A DNA stretch of 64,000 nucleotides from Eledone cirrhosa (Eukaryota), in assembly GCA_964016885.1 (NCBI GenBank), contig OZ024741.1, forward strand, positions 32,922,001-32,986,000, written 5' to 3'. Under the pieces are notes generated by a model, which saw only the letters and a program-made list of their open reading frames with translations, did no database searches and was not told where the DNA came from. Shown piece by piece: positions 29,036 through 44,161 of the stretch (position 1 is the first letter of the stretch; every line of letters starts with the position of its first letter). A program made the translations under genes and the position numbers.

Positions 29036-29619
29036 AGCAGTATATACACGTGGTGGCCCTCAATATGACCAGTGTGTTTCACAATCACATACACTCGGTC
29101 TTATATGAAACCTGCTTATCAACTTTGGTTTTATTCTTCTGGATGTCGTTGAAATACAGAAACAAGTTCGACTTATGTATTAGTTGAGTTATTGGAACGT
29201 TGAGGAAGAACACTTGCAGTATTTGTTCTATTTTTTTTTTATATTCTCAGTACATTAGCAGGTGTAGCGAACGGCTCTTTAGCCAGCCGACTCGATGGTA
29301 TGTAGTAACAGAAATATGCGGAAAAAATCAATGGTAAACATCCTTTGTATTCTCCCATGAAAATTCTATTACAAGCTGATAGCACTTTTTTACGAAACTC
29401 ACCAGGAGTCGTTTGCCGATATGATAACATAGACGGAAACATCTTCCCATCATGTTTTTATTCGTGCATTCTGTTTTTATTCGTGCAATACAAAAGTGTT
29501 CACTATATTCTTAGATATGATCTTTTGTTTAAAGGCGGTTGTGTACGATTTAAGGAAAATGTGGCTGCTATTTCTAGATGATGATGATGATCATTATTAT
29601 CATCATCATTATTATCATC

Positions 29620-29850
29620 AAAGACGGTGGATTGGCAGAATCGGTAGAGCGTCAGACACTATGATTTACAGCATAGATTTACGGCCCTTTACGTTTTGAG
29701 TTGAAATACCGGCAAGGTCAGCTTTGTCTTTCATCCTTACAGATTTGATAAAATAAAACACCAGTAATGTATTGGGGTCGATTTAATCGACTTCCCCATC
29801 CCTCTTAATTGCTGGCCTTGTGCCTATAATAGAAATCATTATTATCATCG
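29620..29850 (+). mobile_element. SINE family A
   Basis: TGGCAGAATCGGTAGAGCG head, GAGTTGAAATACC B box, (ATT)n tail. Confidence 0.75.
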
Positions 29851-29854
29851 CCTA

Positions 29855-29883
29855 TTCGGCCCTTGTGGCCAATAAAAGAAATT
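29855..29883 (+). mobile_element. 29-nt 3'-terminal stub of a Tx1-like element with 17-bp TSD
   Basis: GCCCTTGTGGCCAATAAAAGAAA matches the Tx1 terminus; ATTATTATCATCGCCTA is duplicated at 29838-29854 and 29884-29900. Confidence 0.75.
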
Positions 29884-32068
29884 ATTATTATCATCGCCTA
29901 CAGTTTGCTATCAGCAATTTGAATCCCATGGATATTTATCTCGGTCTTGTGCTTTCCTTAAACATTTATTCTATACAATGTTTAATTTTTTATATAATCC
30001 ATCCTCTAATGTTTTCGTTTCCCCTTTTTTATATCATCTCATTGTTCTGTCTATTAAATGTCTCCGTAAGGCAACTTTTCTAATTAAGTAGCCAAATGTG
30101 ATGTGAATTTATTAAATCTCATGAAAATATTTCCTATTAAACGTACAGAAAAAGAAAACAGAATTGGAAAGGACTATAAATGCCATAAATGAGAGAAAAG
30201 GGAAGGAAAGATCAAGGACTACTCGACAAAGTAAGAGAGAAAGATGGAAGGGGAGGGTTTCCAAAATATTCTGGTTTTCTTTCTTTGATTGTAACAACTA
30301 AAGTCTCATTGAAAAGTTCCCCATTCATAGTATGGTAGATAAGCGTTTGATTTGTGTTCTATGATAATCTCAAACGATTTCTATACGCAATATCTCAAAG
30401 ATGTTTAATATACTCGCGGGTTCCAAATAATAGGGGTTGTTGGAATTAACGCGGCGGGGGAATAAGCGGGAGCGGTTGAAAAATTGGTAATTGTCGCCGT
30501 TGATTTTTTAAAAAGCCGGAATTAGTCGTTTAGTTTGCACATTGAGGCCCCAACACATCCTATTTATTTTATAACGTATGGCGTTTCTATTAATGTAATT
30601 TTTTGTCATGTATGTTTTTTAATGTTTAAAATAGATTAATTGTTGCAGGAATGCTAGCAATTTAAATACAATTTCGCCACAGATAGGTTAGCAAAATTTA
30701 ATAGGCTGGGGGTTGGAATAAGAGCGGGGTGATGGAAAAATCTGAAAAATCTGAAAAATTAATATGCGTTTCCCCAAGGGATAATGAGGGAGACACGTTG
30801 AAGTAGCCATTCTAACTGGTGGGGATCTCTTATACGACTAGCCCAGCTCTCTCCCAATAGCATTATGTAGGGGAGTGGTTCGGGGACCAAGTACTCCAGA
30901 AGTCTCAAGCTTTACAGTTCCGACGACAAACCTATCGGAAAGTGGCAGACAGATATTTCAACAGCTTGTAAACTTCAGCTTGTCGGGCAACGAAATCTGG
31001 GTCTGTCGCCGAATGTACCAGGCTGCCACTAGAGAAAATATCACTACATATCTCATCCCAGACGAAGGGTTGCTTACCACCGCAGAACGGGAAGATTGTA
31101 ATACGATCTGCCCTTTTACCATCTGCTTGGTCTAAACCCAGCGACTCAAACTGCGAAGAAAAAACAGGAGCGTCCACAATATACAAAATATATTTGATGA
31201 TACTTTGTTAATGTCCATATTGCAGCTCTATATAGGAGTGTTGGCGATACACATGTTCATAAGCCTTTTCCAGTCTCGATAATAATGTTTATTGACGTTA
31301 ATATGTTTAACATAATATTCAAATTGCTATGTAGCTATCCCAATCATTTGATTAGTTTCACGATATCCATATATATCATATAATTTCTAAAACATTTCTA
31401 TTTTCTACACGAAACGGTATAACCATGTATACTTACTCAGTTATTCATTCGTTATTAGTTTGCCAACTATTTCACTGATAAGGTCAAAATTAGACCTACA
31501 TTTGTCAGTTGCTTCTCATATAAACGGGGAAATATCGTTTCCTTTATTTTTCTCACAGTACATAAACTTCTAGCTAGCGTTATAAGATTTCGTGCATTAA
31601 ATGTGCCATACATAAGTCTTAAAAACAATTGGACATGGTAGGTGAGTCGACAAGTCCCTATTCGCAGGTGCTAGCCCCACAATGTGGAGTGGCTGTTCCA
31701 GCGCTTCACCCTCGCTGCCCTCTGGGGCAATATATTCTCCATGCTCTCGGCCGGGACTTTTGGGACTGTCCAACCTGGGATGTTTCCATTGCATTGTAAT
31801 GGTCCACTCAATCTGGTGCGGACATAGCATCTGTTCATAAAAAATCTCATTAGAACACTCTATTGTTGAACTGCGGCTAACTACAACACCTAGGGCGTTC
31901 GTGTGCTCCTGATATATTCCATATATCACCATGAGTCAACACTAGTGTCACCTTAGGATTTCTATAATAATATTATTATTACATGCCCTAATAATTACCA
32001 TCTTGTTTACCCTTATTACATCTTTTTACCCCCAGTTACATTTTTGTAAATATGCATTACTTGGACTG

Positions 32069-32108
<40 letters not shown>

Positions 32109-32663
32109 TTATATATACGTCTCTTTTATATATATTTTTTTATATATATTTTTGTATATATTTTTGTGTACTTTATATGTTGTACGTATATCACTTGTTG
32201 AACATAGCTTGATAGCTTATGCATTTGCCAGTCTTATCTTTACCCACACCTTCCTTTATGGTGTATATTTTACTCCATTTTTGGGGGGGTGTATTGTTTT
32301 ATTTATCTTCTGGTGTATATTTTACTTTACTTTATTTTATTTTATTTTATTTTATTTTATTTTTTATCTTTTACCTATTTTTTATCTATTTTTTATCTAT
32401 TTCTTATCTATTTTTTATCTATTTTTTATCTATTTTTTATCTATTTTTTTATCTATTTTTTATCTACCTCTTATCTATTTTTTATCTATCTCTATCTCTT
32501 AACTTGTGCCCATCCGTCTATGATATGTTATTTGTATTAGTGTATACTGTATGTGTTGCATACGGGTGCTTGTGTGTAGGTGCATGCGGGTGCTCATGCT
32601 TATGCGTATACTTGTATGTAGCTGTATGTTAACGGAACCCTGCCCAACTGTGAGTGATAACAT

Positions 32664-32858
32664 TTTTATTTTTATTTTTATTTTTATTTTTATTTTTATT
32701 TTTATTTTTATTTTTATTTTTATTTTTATTTTTATTTTTATTTTTATTTTTATTTTTATTTTTATTTTTATTTTTATTTTTATTTTTATTTTTATTTTTA
32801 TTTTTATTTTTATTTTTATTTTTATTTTTATTTTTATTTTTATTTTTATTTTTATTTT
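32664..32858. repeat. (TTTTTA)n hexamer microsatellite
   Basis: Perfect tract seen directly. Confidence 0.95.
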
Positions 32859-32980
32859 ACTCTTTTCTTATTTTACTCCTTTTACTTTACTCTTTAAACT
32901 CCTCCCAACTTATGGTATCCCCACATATATTCTTCTGTTTTGGTTTTGTCAATGCTTGTATACTATGTATTTACTCTTTA

Positions 32981-33026
32981 TGCTCTGAAGAGTCCCACTT
33001 CTAGTGTGGACGAAACACTGTTAGCA
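32981..33026 (+). ncRNA. Type I minimal hammerhead ribozyme
   Basis: TGCT CTGAAGA GTCC cacttctagtgt GGAC GAAAC act GTT AGCA, then ATTAAA. Confidence 0.85.
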
Positions 33027-33228
33027 ATTAAAGATATACCTATGTTCTAAGCGCTCTTTGTTGTTAATTGTATTACGGCTCTGTCCTCTGACATTGAGCT
33101 AACCATATACTGCCTATTTGATAAGTGGAGTGTTACACACTCCCTATTCTCTCCCTTATATATATATATATATGCATTATTTTATATTATTTTACTGCTT
33201 TCCATCACTTGCCTGAGACCATGCTGGG

Positions 33229-33339
<111 letters not shown>

Positions 33340-33504
33340 TATATATACATATATATCTATATATATATATTAGAAAGTGAAGTTAGTTTAGAAAATGAAA
33401 AATAACCGTTGTTCTACACGAGTGAAAGTATAAAGAAAAAAAGATGGAATCGAAAATGCAACTGGAGTCTTATTTAAAAAAATATATATATATTTATTTG
33501 GTTC

Positions 33505-33540
33505 CTTTACCGGTTTCGCAGTTCTTCTGCTTTTCAAAAG
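33505..33540 (-). ncRNA. Hammerhead ribozyme motif, U3:A8 core variant
   Basis: CTT TTGAAAA GCAG aagaa CTGC GAAACCGGTA AAG; adjacent to the 33538-33622 foldback. Confidence 0.65.
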
Positions 33541-33644
33541 TAGAGTTGAGATGGAGGGTCTGTGGTTTTTCTCACATCAGATGTGAGAAAAACCACAGAC
33601 CCTCTATCTCAACTCTACTTCCATTTTCGATTTCATCTTATTTT

Positions 33645-33683
<39 letters not shown>

Positions 33684-33697
33684 AATAATATATTCAT

Positions 33698-35643
33698 CAT
33701 GCAGAAACAACATCTGAATATTTCTACAAAGAACATACCCGTATCAAGCAGGAAGTCTTACCTAAAACTCCTGATACAGAAAACGGACTCGTTCATTAAA
33801 AGGTTGCGTTGGCGTGCCTTTTATTTCGATAATCAGGAAAAAGCGGACAATAAACAGGATAAATTTGGGTTTAAAACTTATAATAACCCACCGAGTAATC
33901 CACTATTGCTACCCTTCGAAAATGATGTCTTGGAACTCATACGGAGTATCAAATTTCGTAATAGGAGCAATTCCTTCCAGCAGGACCTGAAGAATAGAAA
34001 TCCTTCTATTAAGGATTCTAATGCCGTGCACGTGCACTCCGAAAAAACTGGCAATCTATATCAAGTGGAGCGCAGCACTTACCATCAAATGCTACATAAT
34101 GCCGTAACTTAAGATTACCGGAAAACTAATCGGAGTATCATTAATGACATCAACGATGCTGAGTTTAAAATCACCTCTGAACTCAACATCCATGACCGGA
34201 CTAAACATCTGGACCCTATTTCTTCCCACTTTACCCTGAAGGATCACAAACCCAATTTCCCCCAACAACCCCTCTATTCGGTTTATTAACCCTACGAAGT
34301 CCGATTTAGGTAGACTTAGTAGAAGTATTTTAGATAGAATTAAACCTGAAATTAGAAGCTTAGTCCCTCTTGCTCTGTGGAACAATTCTTTCGCGGTGAT
34401 TGATTGATTCAATGGCATATGCAACAAGGAACATTGCCGTTTTATCCAATTCGACATCAATAATTACTACTCCTCCATCACTTTACCACTTCTTAGAGCT
34501 ATCAATTTCGCTAAAACGCTCACGGAGGTTAAGGAGTTGATGTCATCCTCAATGCCCGTAAGTCGGTGATTAATTTCGACGACTCTATTTGGATTAAAAA
34601 ATCTAATAGTACCCCATTCGACGTGAGTATTGGCGCCAGTGACTCTGCGGAGGTTACTGATCTTATCGGCCTTTTCCTTCTTTTCTCTATCAAAGAAGAA
34701 TTCCCCAAAGTGGGCGGTGGTTTGTACCGTGATGACGGTCTTTTGATCATGACAAAGTGCGGCCCACGCACTTGCGACAGGTTCAGAAAACAACTCAGCC
34801 TTCTTTAAAACATAACCAAGAACCTGGTAAGAAACGTTTCTTTGGGGCTTTCTAGTCTATCTACAAACGAGCATATTTTCACCGGCCATTCCACATATTA
34901 CAATGAAGCTCTTACTCGGAGTGGATTTGTCGATAAGGTAGCATATACTGGGTATGGGCATAGAACAAGGAAACATACACCCCGACGCATTATAGGGTAT
35001 AACCCACCATATAATATGGAGGTGGCCACACCATTAGCTAAGATCTTTCTCTCCCTTATTAAGAAGCATTTTCCCCCAGCACATAAATATAATAACATAT
35101 TTAATAGAAATACCATTAACATTTCTTACTCTACGACACCTAACCTTGCACATAACATCACCGCTTCAAATTTAGCTAAATTATCTAGCCGTAGGAACAC
35201 GTGCAACTCTGTAACTAGTACTAATTGTAATTGTAGGAATCGGGTTGATTGCCCACTATCCGGGAAATGCCTCTCCAGTAACATTGTCTAGAAATGTAAG
35301 GTCGAAACACCCACATCCCGTAGGGGCTACATAGGGTTAACCGCCAATAGATTCAAGCAGCGTATTTACATGCACACCCATTCTTTTCTTAACCCTTTAA
35401 GAAGAAATATGATGTCACTTTCTAAAAGACCACCACACCCAATATAGGTTACACTGGGAGATCCTAGCTAAGGTTAGATCGTATAACGGAAATAAAAGAA
35501 CCATGCGACCTATGTGCCGCTGAAGCCGTGGAAATACTCCACTCCAATGACCACATCTTAAACAAAAAATCTGAGTCAATTTCGGCTTGTAAACATAAAT
35601 TGCATAAAACTTTCCTGTATTACAGCCCCACATTAAACCCTAA
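33698..35643 (+). pseudogene. Penelope-like element ORF (RT + C-terminal GIY-YIG endonuclease; Naiad-like), disrupted
   Basis: STKNIP..KRLRWRAF..FGFK, IRFINPTKSDLGRLS, FIQFDI..YYSSI, GLYRDDGL, YNPPY, CNCRNRVDCPLSGKCL..NIV, GYIGLT..FKQR, CDLC..E..NKKSE..CKH. Confidence 0.88.
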
Positions 35644-35973
35644 CGGATAGTACGAACAATACGCGGATAATTTACGTCTTGATGTGGCAGCTAAGTATAT
35701 TTTTTATGTATACGATTACTTATTTGTATAGGTAAGTATACATTACCCGTATGTTTTGCGAAGGTACGTATACTTTCTCACACGTATATTTGCTTGTATT
35801 TGTTATTGGTGTATATATTATATTATATATACTGCTACATGTGTATATGGTTATGTGTATACGTATATTTTGCGTTGGTGTGTGTATGCGGGTTTGCAGG
35901 TATGTAGGGTGTATGTATATATTTAATTATTGTTGATTTCAATAACTTCTGTAAATTATTTTCATTATTCTTA

Positions 35974-36018
35974 ACTCTGAAGCCGAGAATCATTCGGTTT
36001 CCTAAATAGAATATTAGT
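35974..36018 (+). ncRNA. Decayed hammerhead-like motif in the 3' pLTR position of the Penelope-like element
   Basis: ACT CTGAAG CCGA gaatcat TCGGTTTCC tAAATA gaa TATT AGT; core incomplete. Confidence 0.4.
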
Positions 36019-37300
36019 CTACGACTTCATTTATACCATAGACGTGGTTTTGTCTTTGAGTATAATTGTTCGCACCGATCCAAATAATGACGTAATATCT
36101 ACGCTTGTTTCCGTTCATGCCAGGCCACGTCGCCACGAACCAAAGTAACGTCTTCCTGTTTTCCTTCGGTTGCAACGTTTTTCGAAATATTTATTTCTGC
36201 GTTCACAGATTGATTTTTTTTAATTTCAGAATATCCCGTTAAGGGTGAAAGCAGCGATTCTTTGCTTTTACTTAAATCTGTTATTTTGATATATATATAT
36301 ATATATATATTTAGGTTTATTGGTTTACCACTGGATAGAACTGGTAAATTCTAGGCTTAATCATAATGATGTGAAGTTAAAAGTGGTAAAATCTGATGAA
36401 ATGTGCAAATAGACTATATTTAGTCCCCAGTTAGTCCGGGTTATATGTAGTGTGATTCTTTGGTGAGTAGGGGGAGTGAATACAGATAAACATATATAGG
36501 GTACAGAGAGTAATATTCTAGGGTCGTGTGCTAATGAGTACAAGGCTAAGTATATAATGAGAGTAAAGCGAGTAAATAAATACATAAATAAAACCATAAG
36601 TAAAATACATAAATAAAATGCAGTCATACCTAGAGTGGTAATGGAGGGAGTAAGAAGGAAGTATATAAGAACATATCGAAGAAATCAAAATACAGAAGAA
36701 ATACAATATAGATCAGGTGCAGTAAATGGAGAGTATATAGCACGGTTGGAGAATACATGGTTATACATATAGATATAGAGGATGGAAGAGTTGGAATGGT
36801 ATCAGGTGATACCTAGTGTAGGTTCGAGTCTTAATTTTCAATGAGAATCCCAAAGCCCTGAAATATAGGATAGAGAATTCAGTCAATACAATACAGGGTA
36901 TAGTAGAATACGCAGATTCCCTGAAGAATCTATGAGGTCTGACGGAGTCTGAATATTCGCAACAGGGAAGCAGCAATGCGTGGTCAAGGTGGGCGGTAGA
37001 CAAAGCCCAATGCAGCCAAAATCCGAGTGGTGTGTAGTTAGTCCCATGCTGGCGATAGCTGTACACTGGAGTCAGTGCCGCTGTTCATTATTACATCTGA
37101 AAGCGCTCGACATTCCTGGAGCATTATTTATTTAGGTTTGTTGGTTCACCACTGGATATAACTGGTCATTCCGTATGGTCAACCTCGATGTAATGTTATG
37201 GAGAGCACTCAACGTAATGCAACTCACGCGTCTTCGTTTGTGTAGTTGGTGGTGCGAGTAAGGAGTTAATTATTATAAAATAATATATATATATCATTAT

Positions 37301-37353
37301 ATTTTGTCTGATGATGACGTACTGTTGTACCTCTGAAATATGTATAATAAAAT
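37301..37353 (+). ncRNA. Type I hammerhead motif
   Basis: ATTTTGT CTGATGA tgacGTACtgttGTACctct GAAA TATGTA TA ATAAAAT. Confidence 0.6.
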
Positions 37354-37599
37354 TTAATTGATCAAAAGAACATCTATTTTATTAATATTTGTATTTTAAT
37401 ATATATATATATATATATCAGAATCAGGCTCTTCCGTTGATCGTATCAACAGGAATATCCTCGTCGTAAACGACGGAGTGCTGCTACACTATATCAATAT
37501 GTATTTAGATTATCGTATGTCATTGTATTTTTGTTAAGCTTTCTTCGAAATATTTTGTTTCCTTTGTATTTCTTTCTTTTTGAAAGTAGTGTTTAAGCA

Positions 37600-37840
37600 G
37601 TCATCAATTCCTTTAAATTTGATGTTGATTTTTATTTTATTAGATTTTCCTATGTTAAGTGTCAGTTCGGACTTTGCAATTATTTCTCGTACTATTTCCA
37701 ATATTATTGAACCTTCTTCAGATTTTACCAACAAGGTAGTGCAATCTACATATCTCAGCTTGCTGATTGCTTGTCTTCTTCTACCACACTCTACGATAAT
37801 TTTCCTGACATTTTCGAACGTATAAAGATAATATGCCAAA
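37600..37840 (-). pseudogene. Decayed RTE-clade reverse transcriptase fragment
   Basis: ISKLRYVDCTTLLVKSEE..LTLNIGKS resembles the RTE motif INNLRYADDTTLLAESEE..GLxLNxKKT. Confidence 0.6.
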
Positions 37841-38263
37841 TTATCTAACCATTTTCTTGACTTATAAACTATTTAATGTCCCTAAATTCTATCCTTCCGT
37901 AACTTATTGATTTGAATGAAGATTTCGTACCTGAAGGATTAAATCTTCTGGTATACCAATTTATTCTTAAGCTACATCTCTAGTGTTTGACTCAAACAGC
38001 ATCAAACGTTTTGTTGTCATCAACGACGGAGATGTAGACACTCGTTGTAGCCCCCTCCCCCCTAAATATATATCAATTATCTGTTTTAGGTTTGCAATTT
38101 CGTGTCTTGCTTTTCTTCATTTCTTTTACTGAAACCCATATTTTTTACAATGATTCTTCATTCGAGAATTGGTTGAAGCCAGTTCTAGTTAGTTTTCAGA
38201 ACAATTTCTCTTGCAATGAATATCAGAGAAACTGATAAATAGTTATGGCATATTCACGCACGC

Positions 38264-38322
<59 letters not shown>

Positions 38323-38439
38323 ACAGAGTTCCGACAAGCTTTTGATTCCAGAGTCAGGCCAGATCGAATGTTGAGCTGATCAATAGCGAAACGCGCGTCA
38401 CCAACCAATAAATGTAATGAAGGCTTAATCATTCGTCCT

Positions 38440-38626
38440 TTTGACAGTATCGGTAGGGGGTCGGACGCCATGCTTTCTAGCATAGAGTTACGGCCCTTGC
38501 CATTCTGAGTTCAAATCCCGCCGAGGTTAACTTTGCCTTTCATCCTTACGGGGTCCATAAAATAAAGTACCAGTAATGCACTGGGCAATTGCTGGCCTTA
38601 TGCCAAACGTAAAAACGATTATTATC
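38440..38626 (+). mobile_element. SINE family A
   Basis: GAGTTCAAATCCCGCCGAGGTTAACTTTGCCTTTCATCC..AATTGCTGGCC. Confidence 0.78.
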
Positions 38627-38942
38627 ATATATATATATATATTTCGTTTCTGAATTTGTTTAGCATGATTCTTTATCTGAAAACGTGTGTTGAAACCGAT
38701 ATTGTCATACTTTGGGAGGGTCATGTTACCAATAAGAAACACACGCACCAGTTGCTTTCACTCCAATTTATTATAAATTAAATTTATAAATTTAAGAATT
38801 TATATATATATAGGGTGAGCATAAAGTCTTGCCCCGATTATAAAATACCATATCTCTAATACTATTTGTATTATGTTTTAAGTGCCATTTTCCTTATGGG
38901 TTTATATACAGAATATTTACATTGCCACATCCGCATATATAT

Positions 38943-39004
<62 letters not shown>

Positions 39005-39051
39005 CAATTCCAACCCGCCCGTCCGCTCAATCTATCTTATTTCTCATTCTT

Positions 39052-39087
39052 TCTTCTGGTGAAGGACTAGCGTCCGAAACGTTAAGA
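39052..39087 (+). ncRNA. Minimal hammerhead motif (A6G substitution)
   Basis: TCTT CTGGTGA aGGAC tagc GTCC GAAACGTT AAGA; palindromic AACGTT stem III. Confidence 0.68.
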
Positions 39088-39171
39088 CCCTCTTCCTGCT
39101 ATATCAAGTGTTAACCTAATATATCCCTTCCATATACTGTACCGATTGTGTTGTTATTTCTGTTTACCTTT

Positions 39172-39276
<105 letters not shown>

Positions 39277-39334
39277 ATTGACAAAGTTAAACACCTCAAC
39301 AACATGTGTACTCGTCTCTACCACACTAATTCGG

Positions 39335-39389
39335 ACTGCCTGAAGAGGTCACAACCAAAGATGGCTGTCACCGAAATATATATAGCAGT
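39335..39389 (+). ncRNA. Type I hammerhead ribozyme
   Basis: ACTGC CTGAAGA GGT..ACC GAAA TATATA TA GCAGT, then AATAAA. Confidence 0.85.
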
Positions 39390-39435
39390 AATAAACGAAG
39401 CCAAATTTTAAATATTTGACTTATTTATTTTAGTT

Positions 39436-39473
<38 letters not shown>

Positions 39474-39519
39474 TAAACTAAAATAAATGTCAAATATTAA
39501 AAATTTGGCTTCGTTTATT

Positions 39520-39574
39520 ACTGCTATATATATTTCGGTGACAGCCATCTTTAGCTGTGACCTCTTCAGGCAGT
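39520..39574 (-). ncRNA. Type I hammerhead ribozyme (inverted copy of 39335)
   Basis: Arms at about 39268-39445 and 39465-39641 are reverse complements around (TA)n. Confidence 0.83.
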
Positions 39575-39770
39575 CCGAATTAGTGTGGTAGAGACGAGTA
39601 CACATGTTGTTGAGGTGTTTAACTTTGTCAATACTCTGATATGGCCAGTTCCTGGTTGGGTTGTTATTTCACTGAGGAACTGGAATCATGAATTTAAACA
39701 AACCAATTTCAGCGTCAAAGAACATCTCCTCCCATTGGTCAGTTGTGAGAACATTCCTCAGTCAAGAGTC

Positions 39771-40731
<961 letters not shown>

Positions 40732-41073
40732 AAACAAGCAGATGTCAAGCATACAAAAGCTTCTTTTCCACTAAGACTATCATAGAATACTAAATAGAAA
40801 GTGCTGCACTGAACAGTTCTATAGAAATGCATTACACATGCAGCTGACTCGTTAGTGTTAACTGATGCATACAAAACATGGTTTATTCTTCTTACATGTA
40901 TGCAATGGCGTTTGTTGTTGCTTGATGTTGTTTTGTTTTTTAAATGAATACAAAAAATATAGACCTCCCTCAGTATTTGTATTTCCATGCATTTATGCAT
41001 GTATGTATGTATTAATGCATGTATGTATATATATATATATATATATATACAGACATATATATATATATGTATG

Positions 41074-41132
<59 letters not shown>

Positions 41133-41138
41133 ATGTAT

Positions 41139-41190
<52 letters not shown>

Positions 41191-41807
41191 TTGTGTGTAC
41201 GCCCACATATATATGCATGCATAAAAATCCTTAAAATATATATGTGCTCATAAACGTGCATTTGTCCAGTAAGTGTGTGTGCATATATATATAGTGTATA
41301 ACTATATATGTGTATATATGGGTGTGTAAATGTGTAAATACATATATGTATACAATGTATATATATATATAAGAGTCTGTGTATGTGTGTAGGCTTGTTT
41401 AGCATTATTCCATATGCAAGTTGTCTTAAATGGAGGAATTTTTTATTTTTCAATTTCTAAAACGACTAATATTCCCCAATGATTAAATGAAAAATATATT
41501 TATGAATGTAAGAGTTTTACAAGAATACGTGTGTGCGTGTGTGTGTGTTTGTGTGTCTCTGTATGTGTATATGTGTGGGTGTGTGTTTCTTTGTTGTCTG
41601 TGTTTATATGTGTGTGTGTGTGTGTCCGTGTATCTGTGTTTATTTATGAGATTTCTGAAGTTTATATGTGTGTGTGAATGTTTTTGTGTATCTGTGTATG
41701 TATATATGTGTAAGTATATGCTTCTGTGTGTCTGTATATATGTGTGGGTGTGTCTCTGTATCTGTTTTTATTTATCAGTATTCTGCTTTGTCAGGGCAGG
41801 ACTTCTG

Positions 41808-42818
<1,011 letters not shown>

Positions 42819-43023
42819 TCCCTACCTTTTTATCATCGTAGTGGACTATTGTATGCGCCTTGCACTGGAGAAACACCAGGACTCTGGCTTTACTGTAACA
42901 CCGGCTCAGAGCAGGAGAGTTAGGGCGAAAAAGGTATCGGATGCTGAATTTGCCGACGACATAGTTTTGGTGACAAATACAGTGAAGGAGGCGGAGGATT
43001 TGATGCGAGAGGTTGAGACTGTG

Positions 43024-43027
<4 letters not shown>
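42819..43027 (+). pseudogene. RTE-type reverse transcriptase fragment
   Basis: PYLFIIVVDYCMR..SRR..FADDIVL. Confidence 0.75.
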
Positions 43028-43102
<75 letters not shown>

Positions 43103-43469
43103 CATATATATGTATATATATGTGTGTGTGTGTGTGTGTTTACGCGTTAAAAACAACTGAAGATCTGACAGGACATATTCTTTTAAAGTTTTAATGTTTC
43201 AAAAACACTATACGTATTTCAATGGTCTTATTACATCATTCGATCATCATGTAAGACTTTGACAGTTTCATCACGTGCGAATTGCAAAAGTTCGTAATAG
43301 ATAACAGAAATACGGCAAACACAAACAGAGAATATAGAATAGCGTTGATCCGGAGATGGCCTAAAAATACGTTGTTAATGTTATGGCAACACACTCATAT
43401 ATGTATCTGTATATATTTTTCCTTTTTACTAACACACACACGTACACACGCACACACACACGCACGCAC

Positions 43470-43612
<143 letters not shown>

Positions 43613-43796
43613 CATATATATATGAATTAGAATTGGCGCTCTGAAATAGCTATATATATATGAATGTATATATAGTGTATTTTGCAATACACTGTATGCT
43701 TAATTAAAAGCATTTCGAAGATCTTATGCTATTGTTTTAGAGTAGTGATAGTCTCACTTACTTTAATTTTCAGCAAACAGGGGAGATAAAGTAGTT

Positions 43797-43841
43797 AGCC
43801 TTGATAAGCATCAACAAATGCGAAATATGGCTCTGTCGGCT
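43797..43841 (+). ncRNA. Hammerhead ribozyme, U3:A8 variant
   Basis: AGCC TTGATAA GCAT caacaa ATGC GAAATA tggctc TGTC GGCT. Confidence 0.72.
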
Positions 43842-44116
43842 TTATCTCCCCTGTTTGCTGAAAATTAAAGTAAGTGAGACTATCACTACTCTAAAACAAT
43901 AGCATAAGGTCTTCGAAATGCTTTTAATTAAGCATACAGTGTATTGCAAAATACACTATATATACATTCATATATATATAGCTATTTCAGCGCACCAATT
44001 CTAATTTTCAATTTCTGCTTGACCGGCAACCGCTCTGTATAATCAGTTCCTGATTATTTACTAGAATTCTATAAAAATAAAACATCCATGATTTTAGGCA
44101 AACAGGGGGTGTAGTT

Positions 44117-44161
44117 AGCCTTGATAAACATCAACAAATGCGAAACATGGCTCTCTCGGCT
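44117..44161 (+). ncRNA. Hammerhead ribozyme, U3:A8 variant (second copy)
   Basis: AGCC TTGATAA ACAT caacaa ATGC GAAACA tggctc TCTC GGCT. Confidence 0.62.

Noticed and set aside
30410-31930. Higher-GC patches and short ORFs (30875, 31597) as host exons
   Set aside because: No recognisable domain or splice pattern; probably old repeat fragments that I cannot classify.
34400-34412. In-frame TGA in the PLE ORF as selenocysteine
   Set aside because: Falls at an expected Trp (VIDWF) in a copy with other stops and frameshifts.
38665-38705. CTGAAAA..GAAACCGATA as a hammerhead
   Set aside because: C3:A8 mismatch and no clear stem I.
38811-38845. Mariner-like terminal sequences (also at about 58712)
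   Set aside because: No partner inverted repeat or transposase was found, so an element cannot be supported.
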